Source: an uncultured Gemmatimonadales bacterium (GTDB lineage Bacteria; Gemmatimonadota; Gemmatimonadetes; Longimicrobiales; RSA9). Taken from it: a stretch of 64,000 bases of DNA. Each line of letters begins with the position of its first letter. Position 1 is the first letter of the stretch. The notes under the pieces are model-generated. The model did not search any database, was not told the origin of the DNA, and saw only the letters and a program-made list of their open reading frames with translations. Location: assembly GCA_963816355.1 (NCBI GenBank), contig CAWFKH010000006.1, forward strand, positions 288,001-352,000, read 5' to 3'. Position numbers and translations under genes: made by a program. This document shows positions 49,800 to 61,763 of this stretch, in pieces.

Positions 49800-50092
49800 A
49801 GGACGCGGCGTCTCTCGCGGAGGCGCGCCGCGTTTCGACGCGGAGGGCGCGGGGGGTTTTCACGCGGAGGGCGCGGAGGCCGCGGAGGGGGGACCGGCGT
49901 AACGCAGCGTGCGTGGCACGGCCTACATTGCATTTCTGGGTGGTTCTTCGGCTGCGAACGGGCGTCGCGCGACGAGACCGCAACAGAAGACCGGCGGCTT
50001 CAGTGCGATGCCGTTCGCCACACGCGGCGACCCCGCCCGGCGACGAACCCTCCGCGCCCCCCGCGCCCTCCGCGTGAAACGACCCCACCGGC
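49800..50092 (-). repeat. REP/MITE-like element, copy 2 (inverted)
   Basis: Reverse complement aligns with copy 1, including 27 identical bp (49944-49970 versus 42751-42777). Confidence 0.8.
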
Positions 50093-50453
50093 GACCCAGC
50101 TCCGCCGCGACCAATGTGAAGCCCCGGCTTGCCAGCCGCGCCGTCGACGCACCATGTCCGGCCTTCCCACCGCGTCCTCCTTGACTCGCGGCGCCGGCGG
50201 CAGCACGGTTGAGCAGGGTGAACGCCCGCCGGACCAACAGATCGGGATCGGCGTTCGCCGGCGCGCACGACGACACGCCCGCCCCGGGGGGCAGGACCTC
50301 GGACCGCGCCGCGCGGGGGCCCAGCCGTGGAAGAGAGGGATCCGGGCAGCGCGACCCCGAGGGGCGCGGCGTCGGTGAGACCGACGCCGCGCTCCGTTTT
50401 CGTGCCGGCGCCCGTGGTGCCGGCCAGCCGTGTCGACGCGGAGGGTGGGGAAC

Positions 50454-51332
50454 GTGGAGAGCAGCTATTCGGTGCAGGACCTGCTCGCGCTGCTGGATCT
50501 GGAGCCGCTCGAGGAGGACATCTTCCGCGGCCGCAATCGGGACATCGGGTCGGGGCGGGTCTTCGGCGGACAGGTGTTGGCGCAGGCGCTGGTGGCGGCG
50601 CGGCGCACGGTGGAGGCGGGGCGCGAGGCGCACTCGATGCACGGCTACTTCATCCTGCCGGGCGACATCGAGGCCCCGATCGTCTACTTCGTCGACCGGC
50701 TTCGCGACGGCCGCAGCTTCACGACGCGTCGCGTGACGGCGATTCAGCACGGGCACGCGATCTTCAATCTGTCGGCGTCGTTCCAGGTGATGGAGGAGGG
50801 GCCGGAGCACCAGTCGGCGATGCCGGAGGTGCCGCCGCCGGAAGGCGTGGCGCGGGAGCTGGACCTGATCCGCGAGCGGGCGGACCGCATCCCGCGCGCG
50901 CTGCGCGGCGTCTACACGCAGGATCGTCCGATCGATTTCCGCCCGGTCGACCCGGTGGATCCGTTCGATCCGGAGGCCAGCGCGCCGGAGCGGCGGATGT
51001 GGCTGCGCGCGATCGGCGAGATGCCGGACGAGGCGGTCGCCCACCAGGCGGTCCTCGCCTACGCCTCCGACTACGGTCTGCTGGGTACGGCGCTGCTGCC
51101 GCACGCGCTGTCGTTCCGGCAACCGGACCTGCAGGCGGCGACGCTCGACCACTCGCTCTGGTTCCACCGCCCGTTCCGCGCCGATGGATGGCTGCTCTAC
51201 GTGATGGAGAGCCCGGCCGCGGCGGGCGCGCGCGGCTTCGCGACCGGGCGCGTGTACACGCGCGACGGCCGGCTCGTCGCGTCCGTGGCGCAGGAGGGCC
51301 TGATGCGGCTGCGAGGGGGCGGGGCGCGCTGA
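50454..51332 (+). CDS. tesB: Acyl-CoA thioesterase II
   Basis: VFGGQVLAQA, HSMHGYF, RDGRSF, YASD, LDHSLWFH and AQEG. Confidence 0.93.
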   Translation: MESSYSVQDLLALLDLEPLEEDIFRGRNRDIGSGRVFGGQVLAQALVAARRTVEAGREAHSMHGYFILPGDIEAPIVYFVDRLRDGRSFTTRRVTAIQHGHAIFNLSASFQVMEEGPEHQSAMPEVPPPEGVARELDLIRERADRIPRALRGVYTQDRPIDFRPVDPVDPFDPEASAPERRMWLRAIGEMPDEAVAHQAVLAYASDYGLLGTALLPHALSFRQPDLQAATLDHSLWFHRPFRADGWLLYVMESPAAAGARGFATGRVYTRDGRLVASVAQEGLMRLRGGGAR

Positions 51333-51375
51333 TGCGACACGTCGCGGCGGCGCACGGTCCGCGCGCGCGCCGGTA

Positions 51376-52362
<987 letters not shown>

Positions 52363-52596
52363 GCTTCGCCTCCATCCATGGTATGCGTCTGGCAGTCCTG
52401 CCGCGCGAGAGGGGACGCAGCCCGCGCGGCGCACGGGCCCGCGTGCCGGCCCACGTGCCGGGCGACCGGAGCCGCAACGGCCGTGCCCCCGGAGCCGCGG
52501 CGGTGTAGTATGTCGCGCGCCGCGGCGGATGTCTTCGCCCGCGGCCACTTCGCGAGAGGCAGCCGCCGCGCGAGGCCACCTCAGCGAGCCGGATTC

Positions 52597-53007
52597 ATGA
52601 CGCCGAGCCGTATCAAGGATCGAAAGGGAGCGCGCCTCCCGCGCACGCCGGAAGGCAACGCGATCCGCGCAGCCGAGGTCTCCGAGCACAAGGGGCGCGG
52701 CGTCTTCGCGTGCCGCCGTATCGAGGCGGGCGAGCTGCTCGACGACGCGCCCGTCGTCGTCTTCTCCGCGGAGCTGCTGCGCGGCACGCCGCCGGACGTC
52801 TACGTCTTCGAGTGGGACGACGGCGAGGAGGCCCTGGCGTTCGGCCTCGTGAGCCTCTGCAACCATTCCTCCTCGCCGAACGCGCGCGTCGTGGCGGACA
52901 TCGAGCGGGAGCGGCTCGAGCTCGAGGCGATCCGGCCGATCGAGCGCGGCGCGGAAGTGACCGTCGACTACGCCTGCGAGCTCTGGTTCGACGCCGTCGA
53001 CGAGTAG
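52597..53007 (+). CDS. SET-domain lysine methyltransferase
   Basis: KGRGVFA, NHSSSPN and EVTVDY. Confidence 0.88.
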   Translation: MTPSRIKDRKGARLPRTPEGNAIRAAEVSEHKGRGVFACRRIEAGELLDDAPVVVFSAELLRGTPPDVYVFEWDDGEEALAFGLVSLCNHSSSPNARVVADIERERLELEAIRPIERGAEVTVDYACELWFDAVDE

Positions 53008-53648
53008 ACGCGGTGGCGGTCGACCCAGGCCGCCCAGGGCACGAAGATCCAGATCGCGAGCGTCGTGATCGCGAGCGCGTGCGGGCTCGGCGGCGGCGGT
53101 CCCGCGAAGCTGCCGAGGAAGATCACGGCGAGGAACGCCACCAGAGACCACAGGCCCCAGGCGCCGATACGATCCCTGGCCCGCGTAGCACGGACGTAGA
53201 CCGCGACGCCGGCCGCGAAGAGGCCGAGCTCCAGCACGAGCGTCGCGGGGATCGAGTTCCACAGTCCGGCGCCGGCGCGGATCGAGGAACCGGGCCAGAG
53301 CGGCAGGTCCGGCCGGTGCACGGGCCAGTCGAGGAACCAGTGGCTGAGCACCGCCGCCCCCACCACGAGCGCCCCTCTCCGGTAGCGGCGCGCCAGCAGA
53401 TAGCCAAAGCCGATCAGCAGCGCCCAGACGGCGGCCGCCAGCAGGCTGTGCGAGATCGGGTAGTGCACGAAGTCGAGCGGGCTCGCCGCCATCAGACCGG
53501 GCACGATGCGGACGCGCTCGATCCCGAGCAGCAGCAGGATGGGCCACAACTCGTCCAGCCACTGCGCCGCGAACGTGAGCGTCCCGAGCGAGCTGCGTGG
53601 CGCCGCCCGCTTCGCACCCAGCGCGATGCCGTAATGTCCGAGGAACAT
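52968..53648 (-). CDS. Membrane-bound metal-dependent hydrolase (YdjM-like)
   Basis: MFLGH, LDELWP, SHSL and SHWFLD. Confidence 0.8.
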   Translation of the reverse strand: MFLGHYGIALGAKRAAPRSSLGTLTFAAQWLDELWPILLLLGIERVRIVPGLMAASPLDFVHYPISHSLLAAAVWALLIGFGYLLARRYRRGALVVGAAVLSHWFLDWPVHRPDLPLWPGSSIRAGAGLWNSIPATLVLELGLFAAGVAVYVRATRARDRIGAWGLWSLVAFLAVIFLGSFAGPPPPSPHALAITTLAIWIFVPWAAWVDRHRVYSSTASNQSSQA

Positions 53649-53741
53649 GAGATCGTGGGTTCGAGAAGCAGGATCGTCAGGAACGCACCGCGGCCAAGGG
53701 GGTTGAATTGCGCCGCGGCCGTCGTAGCTTACGGCCGTTCC

Positions 53742-53824
53742 GGAGGCGTAGTCTAACTGGTAAGGCACCGCACTCGAAATGCGGCGGGCGCAAGCCCATG
53801 GGGGTTCGAGTCCCTCCGCCTCCG
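53742..53824 (+). tRNA. tRNA-Ser(CGA)
   Basis: GGAGGCG/CGCCTCC acceptor stem, CCGCA-CTCGAAA-TGCGG anticodon arm, long variable arm and GGTTCGAGTCC. Confidence 0.93.
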
Positions 53825-53889
53825 CTATTCCCACAGTTCGTTTCCCACCCTTCCGACGCCCGCAGGAGGCCGGCGCGGCGCCGCCCGGC

Positions 53890-54819
53890 TCAGCGCGCGG
53901 GCACGATGTGGGCGGAATCGATGTGCCAGCGGCGCTGCGCGGCGCTCGCGCCGTCGACGACGCTTCGTCGCAGCGTGTACGTGCCCTCGAAGCGCTGCCG
54001 CTCGCCCGCCGCCGTGGTGGCGCGGACGCTCACCGGCACGGTGACGTAGCGCGAGCCGGCGGCTCCCTCGACGCGGCCCGGCTCGCCGACGTCGGCTTCG
54101 ACGCTCGCCGTGTGCGCGAATCCGGCCGCGAACGCCGCGTACGTCTGTCCGCTCGCCGCGCCCCCGTTCCCCCACAGTGCGTACGCCGTCCGGTAGTCTC
54201 GCGCGGCGATCGCCGCGTAGTAGCGGCGCACCACATCGGCGGGATCGGCCACCGCCGTGTCGGCCGCACCGGGCATCGTGGCGGTGTCCGGCTGCGGCGC
54301 CTGAGGAGCGGCCGCGTAGGCGGTGATGCGCCAGCCGCCATCGGGGCGAAGTCGTAACGTAACCGGCTCGCGCGAGGCGGTGCCGGCCGCCTCGGCGCTC
54401 GTGACGTAGACGACGTCGCCGCGCACCTCGCACATGCGGCTCCCCACGGCGCTCGCCGCGTGGATCTCGATCCGGTCCGGCCACGGGCTGGAGACCTGGC
54501 GGCCCGGCGCGCGCTCGGGGTGGCGGATCCACGACCGCAGCAGCGCGTCGGTCACGAGCGCCGCGTACGCCCCGCGCATCTCCCCCGCGAGCACGCTGTC
54601 CGGCGCGAGCAGCGACACGTCCTGGAGTCGCGTGCCGAAGCGCGTCACGACGTCGCGCACCGCCGCCCCATCGCACGCGACGTGCGCCGGCGTCCGCGCG
54701 TCCGGCGAGGCGTCGCGGCAGGCGGCGAGGCCGCCGGCGAGCGTGGCCGCGAGGGCGACGCGCGGAGCGACGCACAGGGCCATCCGAAGCGAGTCGGAAG
54801 CTCGACGGAGCGGGCTCAT
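53890..54819 (-). CDS. Hypothetical lipoprotein
   Basis: LAAC lipobox; VVRRYYAAI...AYALW domain. Confidence 0.7.
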   Translation of the reverse strand: MSPLRRASDSLRMALCVAPRVALAATLAGGLAACRDASPDARTPAHVACDGAAVRDVVTRFGTRLQDVSLLAPDSVLAGEMRGAYAALVTDALLRSWIRHPERAPGRQVSSPWPDRIEIHAASAVGSRMCEVRGDVVYVTSAEAAGTASREPVTLRLRPDGGWRITAYAAAPQAPQPDTATMPGAADTAVADPADVVRRYYAAIAARDYRTAYALWGNGGAASGQTYAAFAAGFAHTASVEADVGEPGRVEGAAGSRYVTVPVSVRATTAAGERQRFEGTYTLRRSVVDGASAAQRRWHIDSAHIVPAR

Positions 54820-54847
54820 GCGGCGATTACCGGTTCCACGACGGCCG

Positions 54848-57244
54848 CTACTCCGCCCTCAGCGCGTTCACGGGGTCCGCGCCTGCGGCGCGGCGTGCGG
54901 GCAGCCAGCAGGCGAGAAGCGCGACCGCGGCGAGCAGGGCCGGCACGGCGAGGAACGTGACCGGGTCGAGCGGCGACACGCCGAACGCGAACGCGTGCAC
55001 GAGGTGCGCGGCGAGGATGGCGCCGGCGATCCCGATCAGCGCGCCGGCCGCGGCGATGCGGGCGCCGGAGCCGAGCACCTGGCGGACCAGGTCCTGCTCG
55101 CGGGCGCCGAGCGCGATGCGGATGCCGAACTCGCGCGAGCGCTGCGTGACGAGATACGAGAGGAGCCCATAGACGCCGAGCGCGGCGAGGAGCATGCCGA
55201 CGAGGCCGAAGCCGCCGATGAGCCACGCGGCCACGCGCTGCGGCAGTAGCGTCACCCCCACCTTCGGCGCGAGCGCACCCGGCGCCTGCAGCGCGACGTT
55301 CGGATTCAGCTCGTGCACCACCTCGCGCAGCTTCGAAACGGTCTCCGGCGCCGGCGCGCGGGTGCGCACGTGAAGCACCATGTCGGGCGCGTAGCGCTGC
55401 GCGAACGGCAGGAATACGAACGCCTGCGGGTCTTCCTCCTGCGATGCGTACTTGCCGTCGCGCGTGACGCCGACCACCTCGACCGCCTCGTCGCGGTCGA
55501 TCCGGAGACGTCGACCGAGTGGATCCTCGCCCGGCCACATGCGCCGCGCCAGCGTCTCGTTGACCACAGCGACCGGCCTCGTGCCCGCGCGGTCGCCCGG
55601 CGTGAAGAAGCGGCCGGCGGTGAGCGACACGCGGAGCGTCTCGAAGTACGCCGGATCCACCACGTCGAAGCCGGCGTTGGTGCGGCGCTCGCCCGCGGGT
55701 CCGCCCTCGGCCGGGTGGACGTCGCTGCCGTATCTCGACCCGGTGAGCAGCGCCACCTGGGCGATCCCCGCCGCCTGCACCTCCGGCAGCGCGCGCACGC
55801 GCTCCAGCAGCCGGGCGTAGAAGGCGCGGCCCCGCTCCTCGTCGATGCCGTGCGGCGCCAGGTCGATCCCGGCCACCACGACGCCATCCGGGTCGAAGCC
55901 GGGCGAGGCGCCGAGGGCGCTCCGCAGCGTGCGAACGAAGAGGCCGCCGACCACGAGGAGCAGCACGCACAGCGCGAACTGCGCGGCTACGAACGCCGAA
56001 CGGGCGCGGGAGCGACCGCCCCGCGGGTCCGCCTCCTTGAGGATGCGCGTCACGTCCGTGCGTGACGCGTCCAGCGCGGGAACGAGGCCGAACGCTATGC
56101 CCACTACCGCCGCGATGAGCAGCGCGCCGACGATCACCGCCGGGTCCGGCGACACGTCCAGCGCGACCGCGAAGCCCATCGGAAGGACTGCGACGCGCTC
56201 GAGCAGGCCCGTCAGCAGATAGGCGACACCGACCCCCGCGCCGCCCCCGACGAGGAAGAGAACCACGCTCTCCACGAGGAGCTGCCGCACGATGCGGCCG
56301 CGGCCGGCGCCGATCGCCACGCGCACGCCCATCTCGCGACGTCGCCCCGCGGCACGCGCCAGCAGGATCCCCGCCACGTTGGCACCCGCGATGAGCAGCA
56401 CCAGCAACGCGGTGCCGAAGAGGATTCCCAGGAACGCGTCCACGTCGCCCCGGAACCCGCTCGGGATCCCGGACATGCGCGTTACGCGCGCGCGCTCGAC
56501 GACCGTCTGCCGTTCCCCTGGCGGAATGCTTGTCGCGGCCACGTTCGCGGCCGCGGAAGCCTGCGCGAGCGTCACGCCGGGCGCGAGCCGGCCGAACATC
56601 GCGACCCAGCGGTCGAACATCGACGCCCCGGCACCTGGCGCGTAGGCGCGGATCGGCACCCACGCGTCCAGAACGAAACCGACGTTGGTGCCCGAGAAGC
56701 CGCGCGCCGCGACGCCGACCACCGTGTACGGCCGGCTGTCGAGGTGGACCGTCCGGCCCACGACGCCCGGGTCAGCGCCGAAGCGGCTCCGCCACAACGC
56801 GTGCGACAGCACCACCGTGCGCTCGTCGTCGCGCGCGAAGAAATGCCCCGCGGCCGGCCGCACCCCTAGGACGTCGAAGTAGTTCGCCGACGTCAACGAT
56901 CCGTAGATGCTGGTCGCCTCGCCGTCCGCCTGCAGCGAGAAGCTCGCGTAATGATTCGCCGCGAGCCCCGAGAAGACCCGCGCCGTCGCGTCACGATACT
57001 GCTCGTAGCGCTCGTACGGGATCGCACGCCGGCCGAGCATCGTCCCCACCGCGCCTCGCCGCAGCTCCTCCACCGACACCACCCGGCCCGGCGCCGTGAT
57101 CGGCAGCGGCCGGAACAGCAACGCGTTCACGATGCTCGACACCGCCGTCGTCGCGCCCACACCGAGCGAGATCGTCAGAACGCACACCAGCGTGAGACCC
57201 GGGTTGCGCCGCAGCGCCCGCAGCGCGTATCGCAGATCGCCCAC
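54848..57244 (-). CDS. ADOP-family duplicated ABC permease
   Basis: DLRYALRAL, ISLGVGATT and REFGIRIALGA. Confidence 0.9.
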   Translation of the reverse strand: MGDLRYALRALRRNPGLTLVCVLTISLGVGATTAVSSIVNALLFRPLPITAPGRVVSVEELRRGAVGTMLGRRAIPYERYEQYRDATARVFSGLAANHYASFSLQADGEATSIYGSLTSANYFDVLGVRPAAGHFFARDDERTVVLSHALWRSRFGADPGVVGRTVHLDSRPYTVVGVAARGFSGTNVGFVLDAWVPIRAYAPGAGASMFDRWVAMFGRLAPGVTLAQASAAANVAATSIPPGERQTVVERARVTRMSGIPSGFRGDVDAFLGILFGTALLVLLIAGANVAGILLARAAGRRREMGVRVAIGAGRGRIVRQLLVESVVLFLVGGGAGVGVAYLLTGLLERVAVLPMGFAVALDVSPDPAVIVGALLIAAVVGIAFGLVPALDASRTDVTRILKEADPRGGRSRARSAFVAAQFALCVLLLVVGGLFVRTLRSALGASPGFDPDGVVVAGIDLAPHGIDEERGRAFYARLLERVRALPEVQAAGIAQVALLTGSRYGSDVHPAEGGPAGERRTNAGFDVVDPAYFETLRVSLTAGRFFTPGDRAGTRPVAVVNETLARRMWPGEDPLGRRLRIDRDEAVEVVGVTRDGKYASQEEDPQAFVFLPFAQRYAPDMVLHVRTRAPAPETVSKLREVVHELNPNVALQAPGALAPKVGVTLLPQRVAAWLIGGFGLVGMLLAALGVYGLLSYLVTQRSREFGIRIALGAREQDLVRQVLGSGARIAAAGALIGIAGAILAAHLVHAFAFGVSPLDPVTFLAVPALLAAVALLACWLPARRAAGADPVNALRAE

Positions 57245-57559
57245 CCGCTCTCCTCCGGCTTCGCGAGGCTCGTTGCTGGCCAGATGTCGAAGGTCGGAAG
57301 CGCGGAGCGGCCGCGCAAGGCGGGCGCCGAGGGCACGGAGCACAAGGACGATGAGGAGGCACGGAGCAAACGGAGAAATTGCTCGTCGCGGAGAACGCCC
57401 TCCGCCGTCCCTCCGCGCCCTCCCTGGCGCGACGCCGCCGCCGATGTTACTACTGGGTCTGAGCTATCTCCACCACGGAGAGAGATCCGCGCGACGGGCC
57501 GGGGATGGCCGGCCGCGAGGAGAGGGCTGGACGGAGAACCGCTGCGAACGGAGGGCACC

Positions 57560-57910
57560 GTGCCGGAGCCGAGGGACCATCTGCCTTTGACGCATCTGAC
57601 GTATCACGTGCTGCTGGTCCTGGCGGAAGGGTCGGGGCACGGCTACGGCATCATCCAGGAGGTCGAGCGGCGGTCGGGCGGGCTGGTGTCGCCGGGGACG
57701 GGGTCCTTCTACGAGGTGATGCGGAAGCTGCGCTCGGACGGCTTGATCGATGACGCGCCGGCGCCGGAGGACGAGGTGGACGCGCGGCGGAAGTACTACC
57801 GGGTGAGCCCGTTGGGCGCGGAGGTGTTGCGGCTGGAGGCGACGCGTCTGGAGGGGCTGGTGCGGGCGGCGCGTCGGCTGGAGCTGCGTCCGCGGACGGC
57901 GAGGGCGTGA
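57560..57910 (+). CDS. PadR family regulator
   Basis: YHVLLVL...HGYGII...GSFY...RRKYYR. Confidence 0.88.
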   Translation: MPEPRDHLPLTHLTYHVLLVLAEGSGHGYGIIQEVERRSGGLVSPGTGSFYEVMRKLRSDGLIDDAPAPEDEVDARRKYYRVSPLGAEVLRLEATRLEGLVRAARRLELRPRTARA

Positions 57911-60618
57911 TGAGGGGGCTGGAGCGGGGGTTCGCGGCGGCGTTTCGCTGGCTTGCGGGGCGGGGGTCGGGCGGTGGGTGTGGCGACGTCGAGGAGGCGC
58001 TCGGCGTGTCGCTCGAGCGACTGCGGGCGCGGCGCGCGTCGCGTGGCGTGCTCGCCGCGGCGCTGTTCGGGCTGAGGGAGCTGGCGGACATGGGGGTGGT
58101 GAGGCGGCGGCGGAGTGCGGCTCGGCGGGAGGATGGCGCGGCGGGTGGTGGTGGTTGGGAGCCGTGGCGGGACGGGGTGCGGGGGCTGCGCGCGGCGGTG
58201 CGGCGCCCGCTGCTGACGGCGGGGGTGGTGGGGACGCTGGCGTTCGGGATCGCGGTGACGAGCGTGATGTTCGGCGTGGTGTCGACGGTGTTGTGGCGGC
58301 CGTTGCCGTACGATCACGCGGATCGGGTCGTCATGATCTGGGGCGACGTGCCGCAGATCGACCTGGGCTATCCCGAGGTCCCGATGCACGGGACCCATTT
58401 CTCGAAGATCCGCGACGAAGCGAAGACGCTGGCGGCGGTGGCGGCGTTCAAGGCGGACCTGTTCAACTTGGACGAGGGGTCGACGCGGGAGCGGCTGGAC
58501 GGCGTGCGCGCGACGGGCGGCTTCTTCCGGGCCGTCGGCGTGCGACCGGCGCTGGGTCGTTTCTTCGATCGGACGGAAGAGGCGCCGGGCCGGGACCGCG
58601 TGGTGGTGCTGAGCTGGAGTCTGTGGCGCAGCGCGTTCAACGCGGATGCCAGCGTCGTCGGCCGCACGATCCGGTTGAACGGGCAGCCGTACACGGTGAT
58701 CGGGGTGGCGCCGGAGGGATTCGACTTCCCGCGTGGCGGCGAGATGCCGGGCAGCTTCCAGATGCCGGAGCGGGCGCGGTTGTGGGTTCCGATGGCGCCG
58801 GCGACCCGCGGTCCTTCGGACCTGGCGCTGGTGGCGCGGGTGAAGCCGGGCGTCGGTGCGGCGGCGGTGCAGGGGGACCTCGACCGCGTGACGCGCATGC
58901 TGGAGGAGGAGCGGCACGTGAAAGGGTGGTACGGCACGCGCGCCGTCCCACTCCGCACGCAGGTCGTGGGCGACAGGACACCGATGCTGCTGCTGCTCTT
59001 CGGCGCCGTCGCGCTGGTGATGCTGATCACGTGCGCGAACGCGGCGCAGTTGCTGCTGGCGAGCGCCATCGCGCGGCGCCAGGACTTCGCCGTCCGCACC
59101 GCCCTGGGCGCATCGCGCGCGCGGCTGATACGGCAGCTCCTGGCCGAGGCACTCGCGCTCGCGGCGCTCGCCGGGGTCGCGGGGGCGTTGCTCGCCCGTC
59201 TCGGAGCGGGGCTCGTGCGCACGCTCGGACCCGCGCAGATGCCGCGTCTGGCCGACGTCCACGTCGACGGCGGCGTGCTCGGCTTCGCGCTCGCGCTCAC
59301 GGCGCTGACCGGCGTCCTCTTCGGCGTCGCGCCGGCGATCGTGGGCGCGCGCGTCGATCCGTATGCCGCGCTGCGGGCGGGTGGCCGCGGAGGGACCGGA
59401 CTGCTGCCGTCGCGCATGAGACGCGCGCTGCTGGTGACGGAGGTCGCGCTCTCCCTGGTGCTGCTCGCCGGCGCCGGTCTGCTGCTGCGCAGTCTCGCCG
59501 CGCAGTACCGGACCGACCTCGGGTTCCGGCCCGAGGGAACCCTCACCTTCGAAGTCACGTTGCCGGAAGCGCGCTACCCGGAGGAGCGGCACGGCACGCA
59601 CCTGGCGCGACCCAAGCTGGTGGCCGCGCTCGACGACGCACTGCGGCGGCTGCGTGACGTCCCGGGCGTGCGCGCGGCGTCGCTGGCGAAGCCGCTCCCG
59701 CTGAGCGGCGCCCAGGAGGCGTCCGTCTATCTGGTGGAGGGCAGGCCGGTGCCGGACCCGAAGGACCTCCCCATAGCCGATTACGTGGTCGTCGGGCCGA
59801 GCTTCTTCCGGACGATGGGATCGTCGCTCGTGAAGGGGCGCGAGTTCACCGGCGCGGACGACCAGGACGCGCTCCAGGTCGTCGTCGTCAACCGTGCGAT
59901 GGCGCAGTTGCTGTGGCCGGGCGAGGACCCGATCGGCAAGCGCATCCGGCTCCCGGCGGGCGACCGCTCGTGGCGCACCGTGGTCGGCGTCGCGCCCGAT
60001 GTGAAGGAGCTGTCCGTGACCGAGAAGGCGCGGCCGATCATGTTCGTGCCGTACCGCCAGGACCCGTATCCGTCGCTCGGCACCGTGACGTTGCTCGTCC
60101 GCACGACGGGCGCGCCGCTCTCCCTCGTCGCGCCGATCCGCCGCGCGATCGCCGGCGTCGATCCGGACCTGCCGCTGGCGAAGATCCGCACCGTCGACGA
60201 CCTCGTCGGCGAGGCGACCGCCGAGCCCCGCTTCGCCACCGTACTTCTCGGCGGATTCGCCATCGTCGCCAGCCTCCTCGCCGCCCTCGGCCTCGCCGGC
60301 CTCACCGCCTTCATCGTCGCCCAGCGACGCCGCGAGCTCGGCGTCCGCGTCGCCCTCGGCGCCACGCGACGCCGCATCCTCGTCGACGTGCTCGGCGACG
60401 GTCTGAAGACCGCCCTCGTCGGCTCCGCCGCGGGCCTGCTCGTCGCGCTGCTCGCCACGCGCCTGCTCGGCTCGATGCTCTACGGCGTCTCCAGCCTCGA
60501 TCCCCTCACCTTCGCGCTCGCACCCGCCGTCCTCGTCGCCACGATCGTCGCCGCGTGCGCCGTCCCGGCGTGGAAGGCCGCCGGCGTCGACCCCCGCAGC
60601 ACGCTCGACGCGGGGTAG
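57907..60618 (+). CDS. ADOP-family duplicated ABC permease
   Basis: TLAFGIA, LITCANAA and RELGVRVALGA. Confidence 0.9.
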   Translation: MMRGLERGFAAAFRWLAGRGSGGGCGDVEEALGVSLERLRARRASRGVLAAALFGLRELADMGVVRRRRSAARREDGAAGGGGWEPWRDGVRGLRAAVRRPLLTAGVVGTLAFGIAVTSVMFGVVSTVLWRPLPYDHADRVVMIWGDVPQIDLGYPEVPMHGTHFSKIRDEAKTLAAVAAFKADLFNLDEGSTRERLDGVRATGGFFRAVGVRPALGRFFDRTEEAPGRDRVVVLSWSLWRSAFNADASVVGRTIRLNGQPYTVIGVAPEGFDFPRGGEMPGSFQMPERARLWVPMAPATRGPSDLALVARVKPGVGAAAVQGDLDRVTRMLEEERHVKGWYGTRAVPLRTQVVGDRTPMLLLLFGAVALVMLITCANAAQLLLASAIARRQDFAVRTALGASRARLIRQLLAEALALAALAGVAGALLARLGAGLVRTLGPAQMPRLADVHVDGGVLGFALALTALTGVLFGVAPAIVGARVDPYAALRAGGRGGTGLLPSRMRRALLVTEVALSLVLLAGAGLLLRSLAAQYRTDLGFRPEGTLTFEVTLPEARYPEERHGTHLARPKLVAALDDALRRLRDVPGVRAASLAKPLPLSGAQEASVYLVEGRPVPDPKDLPIADYVVVGPSFFRTMGSSLVKGREFTGADDQDALQVVVVNRAMAQLLWPGEDPIGKRIRLPAGDRSWRTVVGVAPDVKELSVTEKARPIMFVPYRQDPYPSLGTVTLLVRTTGAPLSLVAPIRRAIAGVDPDLPLAKIRTVDDLVGEATAEPRFATVLLGGFAIVASLLAALGLAGLTAFIVAQRRRELGVRVALGATRRRILVDVLGDGLKTALVGSAAGLLVALLATRLLGSMLYGVSSLDPLTFALAPAVLVATIVAACAVPAWKAAGVDPRSTLDAG

Positions 60619-60860
60619 AGGGCGCGGGTTAGAGGGCGCGGGTTAGAGGGCGCGGGCGGAGAGCGCGGAGCGGAGGGGTGCGGAGCGGAGGGGTGCGGAG
60701 GGCACGGGGTGAGGGGGCGGAGAGCGCGCTGCCGAGCCCGGCGCCGGCCGACCGCGAACGCTCCGTGATCTCCGAACCTCCGCAGCCCTCCGTGAAAAGC
60801 CGTACCTCCGTGATCTCGGCGATCTCAGCAGTCCCTCGACTCCGCGATCTCGGCAGTCCC
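60616..60860. repeat. Intergenic short tandem and REP-like repeats
   Basis: 14-bp TAGAGGGCGCGGGT about three times, 15-bp GCGGAGCGGAGGGGT twice, then complementary CTCCG-rich units. Confidence 0.6.
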
Positions 60861-60950
60861 CGCCCGCACGGCGGTCGCTGCAATCTTGCGGCGGAAGTAG
60901 GCGGGGCCGAACTTGCCGGCAACGATTCCGACGTACGCGAGAGGGGGGAC

Positions 60951-61763
60951 ATGTCGCAACTTCCGCCGGCCACGACCGAGGGCTGGTACGCGCTGCACCA
61001 GGTGTTCGGGGTGGATTGGGCCGCGTGGCACGGAGCGGACGCCGCGGCGCGGGGCGACGCGGCAGAGGCGGCGCGCCGTCTGCTGGGCGAGCTCGCCGCG
61101 CCGGGCGAGCCAGGCTGGAGCGCGGCGTTCCAGTTGATCGGTGGCGGGGCGGACGTGATGCTGGTGCACTTCCGCGAGACGCTGGAGGCGCTGGGGCGGG
61201 CGGAGCTGGCGGTCCGGCGCTCCGGCGTGGGCGGCCTGCTGCGGTTGGAATACGACTTCACGTCGGTGACGGAGGCGGGCCTGTACAACGCGACAGTGCA
61301 GGCGGTGGAGGCGGCGGAGCCGCGCTCGAAGGAGTACGAGCGGCTGGTGGAGGAGATCGTCGCGGCGGAGCGGCCGACGCGCTTCATCCGGAGCCGCCTC
61401 TTCCCGGAGATCCCGGAAGGGATGCGCTATGTCAGCTTCTATCCGATGACGAAGCGGCGGGCGTACGGTCAGAACTGGTACGAGCTGACGGTGGAGGAGC
61501 GGAACCGGCTGATGCGAGAGCACGGTCTCTCCGGCCGCCGCTACGCGGGGCGCATCTTCCAGGTGATCACCGGCGCGGTGGGCTTCGAGGACTGGGAATG
61601 GGGCGTGACCCTGTTCGCGAAGGATCCGCTCGAGTTCAAGCGGATCGTGACGGAGATGCGCTACGACGAGGCGAGCGCCCGCTACGGTGAGTTCGGCGAC
61701 TTCTTCGTCGGCGTGCGGCTGGAGGAGGAGGGGTTCGCGGCGCTTCTGGCGCCCGCATCGTAG
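60951..61763 (+). CDS. hemQ: Coproheme decarboxylase (HemQ/ChdC; chlorite dismutase superfamily)
   Basis: EGWYALH, FYPMTKRR, NWY...LMREHG and QVITGAVGFEDWEWGV. Confidence 0.85.
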   Translation: MSQLPPATTEGWYALHQVFGVDWAAWHGADAAARGDAAEAARRLLGELAAPGEPGWSAAFQLIGGGADVMLVHFRETLEALGRAELAVRRSGVGGLLRLEYDFTSVTEAGLYNATVQAVEAAEPRSKEYERLVEEIVAAERPTRFIRSRLFPEIPEGMRYVSFYPMTKRRAYGQNWYELTVEERNRLMREHGLSGRRYAGRIFQVITGAVGFEDWEWGVTLFAKDPLEFKRIVTEMRYDEASARYGEFGDFFVGVRLEEEGFAALLAPAS

